DNA from: Candidatus Bathyarchaeia archaeon
GTDB lineage: Archaea; Thermoproteota; Bathyarchaeia; 40CM-2-53-6
NCBI GenBank assembly: GCA_050013255.1
Contig: JBEKFP010000002.1
Coordinates: forward strand, 705,185-769,184
Direction: 5' to 3'
Length of the DNA stretch: 64,000 nucleotides
Shown one piece after another: positions 1 to 9,979 of the stretch. Under the pieces are notes generated by a model. That model ran no database searches. It had not been told where the DNA came from and was given only the letters and a program-made list of their open reading frames with translations. Made by a program: the position numbers and the translations under genes. Positions within the stretch are counted from its first letter, which is position 1. Each line of letters begins with the position of its first letter.

Positions 1-2
1 TC

Positions 3-182
3 CGACATCCTAAGGCCGGCATCATTAATCAGATCGGTATCCCAATGAAGTTTTCCCAGACCAAATCTGAAATCAGATCCCCACCCCCCCTTCTCGGTGA
101 ACACACCGATGAGGTCTTGCGCACATTGCTAGGTTACAATGCCCAACGCATCTCTGAACTGCACGCGAAAGGTGTGGTCTGA
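3..182 (+). CDS. CaiB/BaiF family (class III) CoA-transferase, C-terminal fragment
   Basis: Manual translation RHPKAGIINQIGIPMKFSQTKSEIRSPPPLLGEHTDEVLRTLLGY...LHAKGVV*; PPLLGEHT-EVL..LGY is the typical family C-terminus; truncated by the window edge. Confidence 0.85.
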   Translation, partial: RHPKAGIINQIGIPMKFSQTKSEIRSPPPLLGEHTDEVLRTLLGYNAQRISELHAKGVV

Positions 183-235
183 AGTCAGCGCAGTTTTTTA
201 TTTGAGCAAGCCTCTCAGCTCAAGAGGCGACGCTA

Positions 236-682
236 GTGCATCTTGAAGGCACTTACATTTTGAATAGACCACGAGAAGAAGTCTGGCAATTCATATCGAA
301 ACCAGAGGAGATTGCCAAGTGTCTTCCCGATCTGCAGAGCCTCGAGGTTAAGGACTCAAAAACCTTCACAGTGAGCGTAAAGGTTGGAATCGCATTCGTT
401 CGTGGCAGTTTCAAATTTGATTTCACCCTACTTGATCAGAAGCCCCCCTCGCACTCAAAATTCGAGGCAGTTGGGAAGGGAGCGGGCGTCTCAGTTCGAT
501 TAACCGCAAGCATGGACCTAAACGAAATCGACGCGGGTACTACGGAATTGGCGTGGAAGACTGATGCCGAGCTTGGTGGCTTGCTAGGTGAAATTTCCCC
601 TAGCCTCATTCAGAACAGCACAAACAAGTTTACAATGCAATTCTTCGACTGCGTCAAGTCTAAGCTTGAATCCACGAAATAA
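236..682 (+). CDS. CoxG / SRPBCC (START-like) family protein
   Basis: PREEVWQFISKPEEIAKCLP and downstream pattern typical of CoxG; paralog at 26774. Confidence 0.8.
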   Translation: MHLEGTYILNRPREEVWQFISKPEEIAKCLPDLQSLEVKDSKTFTVSVKVGIAFVRGSFKFDFTLLDQKPPSHSKFEAVGKGAGVSVRLTASMDLNEIDAGTTELAWKTDAELGGLLGEISPSLIQNSTNKFTMQFFDCVKSKLESTK

Positions 683-1852
683 CTATCGATATGCCTCGTA
701 TTCCTTCCCTAAGACGGCGGATGCAATTTTCAATTTCATAATCTCGTCCGTTCCTTCATAGAGCCTGCATACCCTCACATCCATCAGGTGCCTCCCGGGT
801 CTGAATAAGTAAGAGAAACCTCGACCCCCGAAGACTTGCACTGCCCTATCCGCAGCGTCCCAAGCCGCATTTGAAGCATAGAACTTGCCTTCAGCAATCA
901 ACCGGTCAGCGTAGGCGCGAACCTTAGCGTTCGTCGGGTCTGCGTCATAGGCGTTCTTGGCGCGGGCAGATTTGTAGACTAGGCACCTTGCAGCGTCAAG
1001 TTCTGTTCTGACCATTGCAATATGTTCCTGTATAAGTTGATGTTTTGCAATTGGCTTTCCGTGCTGGCTTCTTTCCTTAGAATATCGCACTATTTCATTT
1101 AGGCAATCGGCAATAACACCGAGGCAGCCTGCGGCCACGCTCAAGCGACCGCTCATCAGAGTGGACATAGCAATCTTGAAACCGTCTCCCTCCTTGCCCA
1201 ACAGGTTCTGTTTCGGTACGGGATAGTCATTCAATTCGAAGAGGGCAGTGTTGGCTGTTGGCATGCCCAGCTTCGTGGTCAAATCCTGCCTTAGAATCCC
1301 TTCCTTGTCAGTGTCGACTATGAAGGCGCTTACGCGGCCTCCGGCCTTAGGGTATGCGAAGGTCACGATGGCATGGGCGATTCCCGCGTTGGAAATTAGG
1401 TACTTCACGCCGTTCAAAACGTAGTGACCTGCCTCTTCTTGATATGTCATTTTCATTTCAAGCGGGTTGCTGCCAGCCTCAGGTTCCGTTAAGCCGAAAG
1501 CGAGAATTTTCTCCCCCTTGGTTGATGGAGGGAGGTAATGGTTACGTTGCTCTTCGTTTCCCCACGTTTGAATTGGAACTTGGCCGATTGAGGTGTGGCC
1601 TGAGAAGAAGGTTCGAATGCCAGTGCCCTCCATTCCGATTCGATCTAAGGCTCTCGTGTACGTCACCGAGTCGGCTCCGCGGCCTCCGTACTCCTTTCGG
1701 ATAGGAATACCGAGAAGGTTGTACTTTCTGCAAAGTGGGATTAGCTGCTCATTGAAAGTATGTTCAATATAGCAGACTTCTTCAACGGGCCTAAGTTCCT
1801 TGCAGAACTCAGCCACGTCACGTAAGAGCGATGCTTGTTCTTCCTTGTCCAA
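683..1852 (-). CDS. Acyl-CoA dehydrogenase
   Basis: AFGLTEPEAGS, LNGVKYLISN, R.QHGKPI, AVQVFGGRG, LYEGTDEI motifs. Confidence 0.95.
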   Translation of the reverse strand: MDKEEQASLLRDVAEFCKELRPVEEVCYIEHTFNEQLIPLCRKYNLLGIPIRKEYGGRGADSVTYTRALDRIGMEGTGIRTFFSGHTSIGQVPIQTWGNEEQRNHYLPPSTKGEKILAFGLTEPEAGSNPLEMKMTYQEEAGHYVLNGVKYLISNAGIAHAIVTFAYPKAGGRVSAFIVDTDKEGILRQDLTTKLGMPTANTALFELNDYPVPKQNLLGKEGDGFKIAMSTLMSGRLSVAAGCLGVIADCLNEIVRYSKERSQHGKPIAKHQLIQEHIAMVRTELDAARCLVYKSARAKNAYDADPTNAKVRAYADRLIAEGKFYASNAAWDAADRAVQVFGGRGFSYLFRPGRHLMDVRVCRLYEGTDEIMKLKIASAVLGKEYEAYR

Positions 1853-2020
1853 TTCTTAACCCACGGATATGACTATTGGACTATTGAACCCCTGAGCGCC
1901 AATATAGTTTCTCCATGACCATCTTACTGAGTCGCCTTCACAACTTCTTGCGGGTGCCTCAACACCGCCAACTAGCTCTTTACATATGACATCAGCAATT
2001 TCACGAGTTACAAATACAGC

Positions 2021-3106
2021 TTGGAAGCAGGCATAATGGGAAAGATTCGCGTTGCAATCGTCGGCGTAGGCAACTGTGCCTCCTCCTTAGTTCAGGGCGT
2101 AGAATTCTACAAGGATGCCAAGGAAGATAAATTCGTTCCAGGATTGATGCACGTTAGGTTAGGGGGCTACCACGTCCGTGATGTAACCTTCACCGCCGCC
2201 TTTGACGTCGACAAGAACAAGGTTGGGAAGGATTTAGCGGAGGCGATTTACACGAAACCCAACAATACGATCAAGTTCAGTAGTGTTCCGAAGCTCGGCG
2301 TTGAAGTCCAAAGAGGGATGACACATGATGGCTTAGGAAAATACCTGAGCAAAGTCATAGAGAAGCACCCTTCTCACACGGTAGACGTTTCCCACGTCTT
2401 GAAGGAGACGAAAACCAACATCCTCCTCAACTATCTTCCCGTTGGCAGTGAGTTTGCGACGAAATGGTATGTGGAACAGGCGCTAGACGCGAGATGCGCA
2501 GTCGTCAACTGCATCCCAGTCTTTATCGCGAGGGAGAAGCGTTGGCAGCAAGTGTTTGAGAAACGCGGCCTTCCAATAATCGGAGACGACATAAAGTCAC
2601 AGGTCGGCGCAACAATTGTTCACAGGGTTCTTACTCAACTGTTCAAGGACCGAGGGGTCAAACTTGAACGCACCATGCAGCTCAATGTGGGCGGAAACAC
2701 AGATTTCCTCAACATGCTCGAACGCGAGAGGCTGGAAAGTAAGAAAATCTCAAAAACAGGCGCGGTGACTTCGGTACTTGACTATAAGATGAACCCCGAC
2801 AATGTTCACATTGGCCCGAGCGATTATGTGCCCTGGCTGCTCGACCGCAAGTGGGCTTACATTCGTTTGGAAGGGACAACATTCGGAAACGTCCCACTCA
2901 ATATCGAAACCAAGCTTGAAGTCTGGGATTCCCCGAACAGCGCGGGCGTCGTAATCGATGCCATCAGGTGTGCCAAGTTGGCATTGGATAGGGGCATCGG
3001 CGGCGCACTGAAGGCGCCTTCAGCATACTTCATGAAATCACCACCAGAGCAATACCCCGACGACGCGGCAAGGCGTATGCTCGAAGAGTTCATCAAAGGC
3101 CGATAA
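2021..3106 (+). CDS. ino1: Myo-inositol-1-phosphate synthase
   Basis: [45 protein letters not shown] motifs; real start probably ATG 2036. Confidence 0.97.
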   Translation: MEAGIMGKIRVAIVGVGNCASSLVQGVEFYKDAKEDKFVPGLMHVRLGGYHVRDVTFTAAFDVDKNKVGKDLAEAIYTKPNNTIKFSSVPKLGVEVQRGMTHDGLGKYLSKVIEKHPSHTVDVSHVLKETKTNILLNYLPVGSEFATKWYVEQALDARCAVVNCIPVFIAREKRWQQVFEKRGLPIIGDDIKSQVGATIVHRVLTQLFKDRGVKLERTMQLNVGGNTDFLNMLERERLESKKISKTGAVTSVLDYKMNPDNVHIGPSDYVPWLLDRKWAYIRLEGTTFGNVPLNIETKLEVWDSPNSAGVVIDAIRCAKLALDRGIGGALKAPSAYFMKSPPEQYPDDAARRMLEEFIKGR

Positions 3107-3145
3107 GGCCGGACTAGGGCTATCGAAGCGATGGCTGCAAGATAT

Positions 3146-3796
3146 TCATGAAATTAACGTGAGAGCTGCTGCCATAGCGCCGTGATCGGCTGTTACCCTG
3201 TCGGTAGCGCTGCTCAAGACAATAACGTCTCCCTCTCCCGGGCTAAACGATTTTTTCAAATCTTGGAACAGCGGATCATCACTGGTCAAACTCCACTCCT
3301 CGTTTTCACTCATTGGCATCGAAAATTGTCGACCTTGAAATACGAGTGTACAAGCTCCAGTCGCACCCGACCGTATGGCCGCGTCTCTTTGCTCGATACC
3401 TCTCTTCACCAGGTGCCCTACATGCCTTACCAAGACAGCCGCACTAACTTTGTCGAGGGCGAGCTGCTTAGCATCTATTATGGAAACCTTCGAAACTTTC
3501 GACCTCAGTGAATTGTAGAGTTGTACTCCACGCTTCGTTAGCACGCATCCACCTTTCGCGATATTGATAATGTTGGCCTGCATCAGATGCTTAATGATTG
3601 TACGTATTGTGCCTTCGCCGATCCCTAGTCTCCTTGAAAGCTCAATTCTCCCAATCTGGCCTTCATCACCAATTGTTAGAATTGCCTGTGTTACATCAAC
3701 GTGTGTGAACGCAGGAGCTGGCCCTGGACTTGGTAGTCTAGAAAGCGCTTGCAGCGTGTTGAGGACTTTTCCGGAAGCCATTCGATCCAATGCCAC
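3146..3796 (-). CDS. Winged-HTH protein, archaeal DUF4443/DUF2111-like
   Basis: IGRIELSRRLGIGEGTIRTII HTH plus GIEQRDAAIRSGATGA motif. Confidence 0.7.
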   Translation of the reverse strand: MALDRMASGKVLNTLQALSRLPSPGPAPAFTHVDVTQAILTIGDEGQIGRIELSRRLGIGEGTIRTIIKHLMQANIINIAKGGCVLTKRGVQLYNSLRSKVSKVSIIDAKQLALDKVSAAVLVRHVGHLVKRGIEQRDAAIRSGATGACTLVFQGRQFSMPMSENEEWSLTSDDPLFQDLKKSFSPGEGDVIVLSSATDRVTADHGAMAAALTLIS

Positions 3797-3799
3797 CGA

Positions 3800-4996
3800 T
3801 TACAATTTGGTTCTGACTGCGGGCTTGGATTTGGGTTTCTCAGCGAATTTCCTAAATCGCCGCCTAACGTCTTGCAAGGTTGTATCCTTCTTGCAGTAAG
3901 CTAAGCGCACTTTCTTTCGCCCCAGATCTTTATCGTGGCAGAGAGCGTTGGCTGGCAAAACGGCTACTCCGATTTTTTTCAGAAGATAATCGCTGAATTC
4001 TTCGTCGTCTTTGAATGCGTCTGGAACGTTCACTAGAATGTAGTAAGCGCCCTCTGGCCGCTGGTATTGTAGCCCGGCCTCATCGAGAATTTTCATCATC
4101 ATCCGTCGCTTTCTATCGTAGGCTTCTCTGAGCCTCTCATAGTACGAGGATTGGAAGTTCAGGGCAGTCACAAGCGCCTCTTGCAATGGAGTCGGTGCGC
4201 AGATGGTGAAGTAATCGTGAACCTTTCGGAGGGCATCAGTAAGTCTTGCGTCCGCTACAGCCCAACCAACTCTCCAACCTGTGACACTGTAGGTCTTTGA
4301 GGCACTACCCACCGTTACAGTTTGTTCCTGCATGCCACTCAAGGACGCTAAGCTGATGTGCTTCTTCCCGTCGTAAACTATGTATTCGTATATCTCGTCC
4401 GTAATTGCGATTGTTTTATTTTCTTGACATAAGTCAGCAATTAGCTTCAACTGCTCTTTGTCCACGACCTTTCCTGTTGGGTTGTTTGGTGTGTTTAGAA
4501 CGATGAGTTTTGGATGCTTTTCCATAGCGCTCTTCAAGCTCTCTTCGTCAAGCGCTTGATCCCTCCGGGAGAATGGGACATAGATTGGTTCGCAGCCCGC
4601 CAAAATCGCGTCGGGAACGTAGTTTTCGTAGAATGGGTCGGTGATGATTATGCGATCGCCTGGGTTGGTTAAGCCGAAGACAGCGGCCGCTAGGGCTTCG
4701 GTTGAACCGCAGGTGATTGTAATGTTCTTTTCAGGATTGGCTTCAATCCCGTTGTACTCCCTGACTCTGTTAGCCACCGCTTCCCTGAGGCCCCCGTGCC
4801 CCCATGTAGTAGCATACTGATTTGACCCACGTCGTATGGCTTCAACGGCGGCTTCAATCAGATTTGGAGAAGGGTCGAAGTCTGGCATGCCCTGACTGAG
4901 GTTGATGGCTCCGTACTGCTCACTGAGCCGCGTCATTTCACGAATAACGGATTCGGTGAAGGACTTGAGCTTAGTCGAAGCCGCCAACAAAACCAC
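3800..4996 (-). CDS. PLP-dependent aminotransferase class I/II
   Basis: INLSQGMPDF, NTPNNPTG, TDEIYE, SASKTYSVTGWRVGW. Confidence 0.95.
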   Translation of the reverse strand: MVLLAASTKLKSFTESVIREMTRLSEQYGAINLSQGMPDFDPSPNLIEAAVEAIRRGSNQYATTWGHGGLREAVANRVREYNGIEANPEKNITITCGSTEALAAAVFGLTNPGDRIIITDPFYENYVPDAILAGCEPIYVPFSRRDQALDEESLKSAMEKHPKLIVLNTPNNPTGKVVDKEQLKLIADLCQENKTIAITDEIYEYIVYDGKKHISLASLSGMQEQTVTVGSASKTYSVTGWRVGWAVADARLTDALRKVHDYFTICAPTPLQEALVTALNFQSSYYERLREAYDRKRRMMMKILDEAGLQYQRPEGAYYILVNVPDAFKDDEEFSDYLLKKIGVAVLPANALCHDKDLGRKKVRLAYCKKDTTLQDVRRRFRKFAEKPKSKPAVRTKL

Positions 4997-5040
4997 TCAT
5001 CCGGAATGATGGAGGACTGTAGGTTTAAAGTCAATCATTC

Positions 5041-6609
5041 CTAATCTCGCCCAATTGAATCCGACTGAGTCCGACTGAATCTTTTTCGAACGAACCAGGC
5101 CGCGATAGCCACCACTAGGAGGGGAATCAGGACCAGTAGAGTTGGGTACCCCAAAAACGGAGCAGGAACCGAATTCGCTGGTGTCACATCGACCTGTACC
5201 ATACTCGACACTCGGACTGCCCCGGCGTCTATCCCGATTGCGAGCGTGTAATTGCCAGGGTTCACTTTGCTTGAGACCTTTACCTCCGCTTGCCCAAGTT
5301 TAGATTGGCCTTCAAGCGAAGGGTATGGGTTGGGAGAGAAGGTTACTCCAACTTCACTGGGCATGTATGATGACCAAGAATACGAGAAGGTCCCGTTACC
5401 GGCAACTACTGAAGTAACTTTTGTTGAGATTGTGAGGGTAGCCTCTTCTCCTGCAGCCACGCTCAAATTGACTTCGGAAATGGCAAGAGAGAAAGGCACC
5501 ATTGGCCCAGCGTGTAAGACTCCAATGTTGTTCGCGCTCCACTCTGTGAACCATATGTCGCCATTGGGGGTTTGAGCAATCCAAAGAGCCGTACTGATGG
5601 GCCCAGTTGGAATAGGAAACTCGACCATTGTATTTGTGCTTGGGTCAAAGTATCCAATCCGGTTTCCCCAATGCTCGGAAAACCATACTCTTCCACGGCC
5701 GTCAATTAACAGGCCATTTGGTATCGCTATCCCATACGAATACCCAGAGGGCGCCGTCGTAGGGTAGCGCCTCAACGCCTTCGAAACAGGATTGAATTCG
5801 GCTATCCAGTTGCCGCCGTGGTCCGCGAACCAAACGTTCCCATCTTGCCCTATCGCGATTCCAACAGGCGATGAGATGAATCGCGATGGATCGTTTGTCG
5901 AGAGATGGTATTCGACGAAGCTCCTAGTTGTAGGCTGGAACTCCGCTACAGATTCGTTATAGGCCTCTGTAAACCACAGGTTTCCTCGATTGTCGAAGGT
6001 TAGGTCAGCTGGGCCTGCGAAGTATGAAGGGACAGGATATTCTTGAAGCTGATTTGAAAGTGGGTCGTAAACACCTATCTTGTTACCTAGCAACTCTGTA
6101 AACCATATCCGACCGGCTTCATCTGTGACGAGCCTGAAGGGGAAAGACCCTTCGGAGGCAATGTCTACAATTGTGAAGTTTTCGGTTCTTGGATCAAAGC
6201 GCAGTAGTCGTCCATGGCCTCCACCGACAATGACCCCACCTGGGTTCACGGACCCCTTGCCAGCGTATTGTGCCAACCAAACGTAACCATTCTGATCAAC
6301 CGTCATGCCCCACATGTCGCCGACCCCCGGTACTGGATATTCTTTGAAGGTGTTGGTTGCAGGGTCGAACCTCCCCAGTTTGGTTGCGTTTGATTCAGTG
6401 AACCAAACGATGCCGTTTTTGTCGGCAGTTATAGCGAGCGGTGCAGAGTTAGGCGTCGGAACTGCATATTCGTCAATGTATTTTGGTAGGCCGCTAGACG
6501 CCATCGCTGGGGTTGTAGAAGAGAGAACAACGGTTAGGAGAAATGCAAGGATAATTATGCCACTGGCCCGATGAGAAACGTATCTTTCGGCCCTGTTGTC
6601 TCGCAACAA
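5041..6609 (-). CDS. Secreted, membrane-anchored Vgb (virginiamycin B lyase)-like beta-propeller protein
   Basis: Signal peptide; repeated P..IT.D..G.VWFTE...NKIG.FDP blades; C-terminal TM helix. Confidence 0.8.
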   Translation of the reverse strand: MLRDNRAERYVSHRASGIIILAFLLTVVLSSTTPAMASSGLPKYIDEYAVPTPNSAPLAITADKNGIVWFTESNATKLGRFDPATNTFKEYPVPGVGDMWGMTVDQNGYVWLAQYAGKGSVNPGGVIVGGGHGRLLRFDPRTENFTIVDIASEGSFPFRLVTDEAGRIWFTELLGNKIGVYDPLSNQLQEYPVPSYFAGPADLTFDNRGNLWFTEAYNESVAEFQPTTRSFVEYHLSTNDPSRFISSPVGIAIGQDGNVWFADHGGNWIAEFNPVSKALRRYPTTAPSGYSYGIAIPNGLLIDGRGRVWFSEHWGNRIGYFDPSTNTMVEFPIPTGPISTALWIAQTPNGDIWFTEWSANNIGVLHAGPMVPFSLAISEVNLSVAAGEEATLTISTKVTSVVAGNGTFSYSWSSYMPSEVGVTFSPNPYPSLEGQSKLGQAEVKVSSKVNPGNYTLAIGIDAGAVRVSSMVQVDVTPANSVPAPFLGYPTLLVLIPLLVVAIAAWFVRKRFSRTQSDSIGRD

Positions 6610-7043
6610 TGAAAACGCGCCACGAGCACACTCTCCGATGACTAAACAAAGCTTACTGTGAAAGATGTCTGGTTAGTAGTGCAGCCCGCAATTTGTGCAG
6701 TAGAACCGGTTATAGTACGGAATCTCCGTTAACTCACGACCGCATTCTTCACACACGTAAACGTAAACACCAGTCTCTGCCACAAACTCAACCTCAACCG
6801 GTTCTTCGACTTCTATCAATGGAGAACACGTCAACTATATTCCTTGTGTTCTTTGCTCAAAAGCCTTTCGAGGGAATAGACTAAATCCTGCTTATTCTCA
6901 GATGTAACCCCACACCTGTTGCGGACCGTTTTATGTTAGCTTCTTTGTGAATATGGCCTGCAATGAAACTTTGAATCTGGAATCTAGAAATCTTCTTTAC
7001 TCAAGCTGTGCGCAATAGCGGCTCGTGCTAGCTTAGCTTTCTT

Positions 7044-7145
7044 GGGGGCGTAGTCTAGCATGGTTATGATACGCGGCTTGGGCCCGCGTGAGTTGCCTAA
7101 ACCGCAACCGCGAAGCCCTGGGTTCAAATCCCAGCGCCCCCACCA
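7044..7145 (+). tRNA. tRNA-Pro(TGG) with a 24-nt non-canonical intron at 45/46 (7091-7114)
   Basis: Acceptor GGGGGCG/CGCCCCC-A-CCA; anticodon arm CGCGG-CT TGG GC-CCGCG; T arm CTGGG-TTCAAAT-CCCAG; BHB-like CGCG-TGA-GTTGC...GCAAC-CGCG-AAG. Confidence 0.92.
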
Positions 7146-7264
7146 CGCTACCTGCAATCATATTGTAGGCAAGAAGAACCAAGATGAGTGCAACAGCTAG
7201 TTGAGCTGAGGAGCTCGGAATTTCTGAAAAGAAGCTTGCCGCCCGTTCCGCCACTGCAAGTGGG

Positions 7265-7450
7265 TTAGGAAGTTGCACGAGTACCTCCCCCGTAGTTTGG
7301 AATGCTATCTCGGTGCGCTTTGACATAATGCTGCTTGAGTTTAGGCTTGGTGTTGAAATGGCATTCACAGATAACGCAGGCGTAGAGTCCGATGAGCGGT
7401 CGACCATTTTTCGGCTCATTCCCCTGATAGTCTAGGTATGTTTGACCCAT
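7265..7450 (-). CDS. Small C2H2 zinc-finger protein
   Basis: YACVICECHFNTKPKLKQHYVKAH fits C-x2-C-x3-F-x5-L-x2-H-x4-H; TATA-like TTATAAG upstream on the minus strand. Confidence 0.7.
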   Translation of the reverse strand: MGQTYLDYQGNEPKNGRPLIGLYACVICECHFNTKPKLKQHYVKAHRDSIPNYGGGTRATS

Positions 7451-7471
7451 CGTTTGTCCGCAGCGAACTTG

Positions 7472-7488
7472 AACTACGCGTTATAGTT
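7472..7488. promoter_or_regulatory. Palindromic operator copy 1 (AACTA-N7-TAGTT), candidate BlaI-family site
   Basis: AACTACGCGTTATAGTT; lies between a TATA-like box and the start of 7265..7450. Confidence 0.6.
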
Positions 7489-7579
7489 AGCTTATAACTA
7501 AGATGGATGAATCATCCTCAATCGCTTTAACCTGCGAGGCCGCGCGTGCGGGAAGGCGGAGGGAGGTGAGTGGAGGAAA

Positions 7580-7726
7580 ATGGCACATATCCCAATGGGC
7601 TTTGGAATCTTCGCGCTTATTCGAGGTATAGTTGGAGTCGCGATAGCGGTAGCGTTCATTTGGTTAATTTACAAGCTTGGCAAACTAGCCGACGCGTATA
7701 CAAGAAAGATCAAGGGGAAGAGCTAG
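7580..7726 (+). CDS. 48-aa single-TM membrane protein (not in ORF track)
   Basis: MAHIPMGFGIFALIRGIVGVAIAVAFIWLIYKLGKLADAYTRKIKGKS*; GGAGG Shine-Dalgarno just upstream. Confidence 0.7.
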   Translation: MAHIPMGFGIFALIRGIVGVAIAVAFIWLIYKLGKLADAYTRKIKGKS

Positions 7727-7804
7727 GCACCGATCCCTACCCCATTCCGTCGAGCTGAGCGTTCCTCGCTGCTAACACAGCGCAAGGTGTAAATGTGCAA
7801 AGTG

Positions 7805-7821
7805 AACTATGCCATGTAGTT
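7805..7821. promoter_or_regulatory. Palindromic operator copy 2
   Basis: AACTATGCCATGTAGTT directly at the ABC ATPase start; 16/17 identical to the copy at 12320. Confidence 0.7.
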
Positions 7822-8554
7822 GATGCCTGTGGCAACACGATCCGCCCCTGCAGTGCAAACGGTAGATGTAACCAAGGTCTACCGCATAGGCCACACTGGA
7901 TACCCCGCGCTAAGGGGCATCAACATTAAGATCGAAAGGGGCGAATTTGTGGCGATTATGGGACCGTCCGGCAGCGGGAAATCGACACTCCTCAACTTGA
8001 TCGGAGCCCTCGACCGACCCACCTCAGGCAGAGTAATCATAGACGGAGTCGACTTGAAGAAGTTGGATGAAGACAGGCTTTCCCTCCTCCGAAATCGAAA
8101 GCTGGGTTTTGTATACCAGTCCTTCAACTTGATTCAGAGGCTCACCTCGGTTGAGAACGTGGAGATGCCACTAATCTCCAGAGGAATCCCCGAAGGGATT
8201 CGAAAGGCTAGATCACTGAAGATGCTCAGTGCAGTTGGGTTGCATGGTAAGGGGAGCAAGCGGCCGGCCGAACTCAGTGGAGGAGAACAGCAACGCGTCG
8301 CAATTGCCAGAGCGCTAGTAACAGAACCAGCACTAATTATCGCCGATGAACCCACAGGTAACTTGGACTCGAAGACCACTCGTGAAGTGGTCGACCAGTT
8401 CGTCCAAGTGAACAAAGGATTCGGAACCACGATTCTGATCGTCACCCATAACTCGGAAATCGCTACAATGACTCAACGCGTAATCTCCCTGAAGGACGGG
8501 TTGGTAGACAAGGAGGAATACATCCAACGTTTGGACTCATATTCAGCAACGTGA
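7820..8554 (+). CDS. ABC transporter ATP-binding protein (LolD/MacB type)
   Basis: GPSGSGKST Walker A, LSGGEQQRVAIARAL, ADEPTGNLD. Confidence 0.95.
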   Translation: MMPVATRSAPAVQTVDVTKVYRIGHTGYPALRGINIKIERGEFVAIMGPSGSGKSTLLNLIGALDRPTSGRVIIDGVDLKKLDEDRLSLLRNRKLGFVYQSFNLIQRLTSVENVEMPLISRGIPEGIRKARSLKMLSAVGLHGKGSKRPAELSGGEQQRVAIARALVTEPALIIADEPTGNLDSKTTREVVDQFVQVNKGFGTTILIVTHNSEIATMTQRVISLKDGLVDKEEYIQRLDSYSAT

Positions 8555-8628
8555 GCGATATGCAAATATTTCCCTGGTTTATGCATTCGTCAGTGACAGC
8601 GATCAATTTTAGCCTGGAGATGTAAGCA

Positions 8629-9876
8629 ATGCAATTAGCAGATATGTTCAAACTAGCTTACAAGGCACTGATTGATAGAAAGGTCCGCAGCGTATTGACT
8701 ATCCTCGGGATAGCGGTAGGTTCAGCTATCATCCTTTCCCTAATAGCAAGCTCAGCGGGCCTTAACGCCGGTATAGCCGGAAACATTGCTAAAACAGGAG
8801 CGAACATTCTCACAATACGAAATGCGGGAGGATTCTTCGCCAGCGGTTCAACGAACACTTACCAGCTAAGCCAACAGGACATAACCTACCTCAAATCAAT
8901 ACCTGGCGTGACTGCGGCTTATCCGTACTACAGCTATGGTGCAAACATCAACAATGGAGGAGAATCGATTCAAGCCAGCGTGGTCGCCATAGACCTGGTG
9001 GCTCTGCCCGCCTTATACCAAGGGTTGACCGTCGCTGAAGGCTCCATACCGCTCTTGGGCGACACGACATCGGCCGCCATAGGATGGGGAATAGCTAATC
9101 CGACGTCTGGAACGCCAATCGGGCTTCACCAAATGGTTTCCATGTCTATATCAGGGATCAAAGGAAGCAAAGGAGCCGTGTCTTACGCTGTTCTCGCCAG
9201 TGGAATTCTGGCTCAGTATGGTACGGCATTATTCGCCAATATTGATGAAACCATCTACATGTCGTTCCAGGCAGGAAGCATTCTCTCTAAATCCCCGTAC
9301 TTCACGGGCATCTATGTCATAATCGATAACACTGATGATGTTGCGACCGTTCAGAACACAATAACGACTTACTATTCCAATAATGTTCGAGTGATAAGCC
9401 CGGGACAAATCCTGTCAAGCATCCAAGGGATCACGGCCAGTCTAACAGTCTTTTTGGGCAGCATAGGCGCGGTATCGTTGTTTGTAGCAACTGTTGGAAT
9501 AGTCAACACGATGTACGTATCAGTAATGGAGCGTACAAGAGAAATTGGAATACTGAAAGCCATTGGTTACAGGCCGAAGCAAATAATGGGCATGTTCCTA
9601 GCAGAGGCTGCACTCACGGGAGTAATCGGAGGCGTCTGCGGACTCGCACTGGGTTATGCGCTATCCTTCCTGATGGGAGGAATGCTCGCTGGATCCACTT
9701 TTGCCGGGAGATTTGGAGGAGGGGGAGGAGGGGGCGCAACCATAGTTCCCGTCTTCTCGACTGAGCTCATCGTCTTCTCGCTAACATTTCCAGTCCTACT
9801 AGCCACAGTAGCAGGACTCTACCCAGCATGGAGAGCCTCTAGAATGAACGCAGTTGTCGCCTTGAAGTATGAATAA
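8629..9876 (+). CDS. ABC transporter permease (MacB/FtsX type)
   Basis: RSVLTILGIAVG, SVMERTREIGILKAIG, GLYPAWRASRM..V.ALKYE. Confidence 0.95.
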   Translation: MQLADMFKLAYKALIDRKVRSVLTILGIAVGSAIILSLIASSAGLNAGIAGNIAKTGANILTIRNAGGFFASGSTNTYQLSQQDITYLKSIPGVTAAYPYYSYGANINNGGESIQASVVAIDLVALPALYQGLTVAEGSIPLLGDTTSAAIGWGIANPTSGTPIGLHQMVSMSISGIKGSKGAVSYAVLASGILAQYGTALFANIDETIYMSFQAGSILSKSPYFTGIYVIIDNTDDVATVQNTITTYYSNNVRVISPGQILSSIQGITASLTVFLGSIGAVSLFVATVGIVNTMYVSVMERTREIGILKAIGYRPKQIMGMFLAEAALTGVIGGVCGLALGYALSFLMGGMLAGSTFAGRFGGGGGGGATIVPVFSTELIVFSLTFPVLLATVAGLYPAWRASRMNAVVALKYE

Positions 9877-9979
9877 GTGTCGCGCACAAATTTACCGTTA
9901 CCTACTCACCTACTACCCACCTTTGCTCACACAGAACTCACAGTGTGCCGTTAAGGTTCAGTCGTAGAGTGGCGGTCCC

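Noticed and set aside
5041-6609. Streptogramin resistance gene (vgb)
   Set aside because: Secreted, membrane-anchored propeller; fold similarity alone does not imply lyase activity
7033-7419. 128-aa ORF on the minus strand
   Set aside because: Runs antisense across tRNA-Pro and overlaps the better-supported C2H2 ORF
9714-9736. G-rich tract as a phase-variation site
   Set aside because: In-frame Gly codons in a permease loop; ORF is intact
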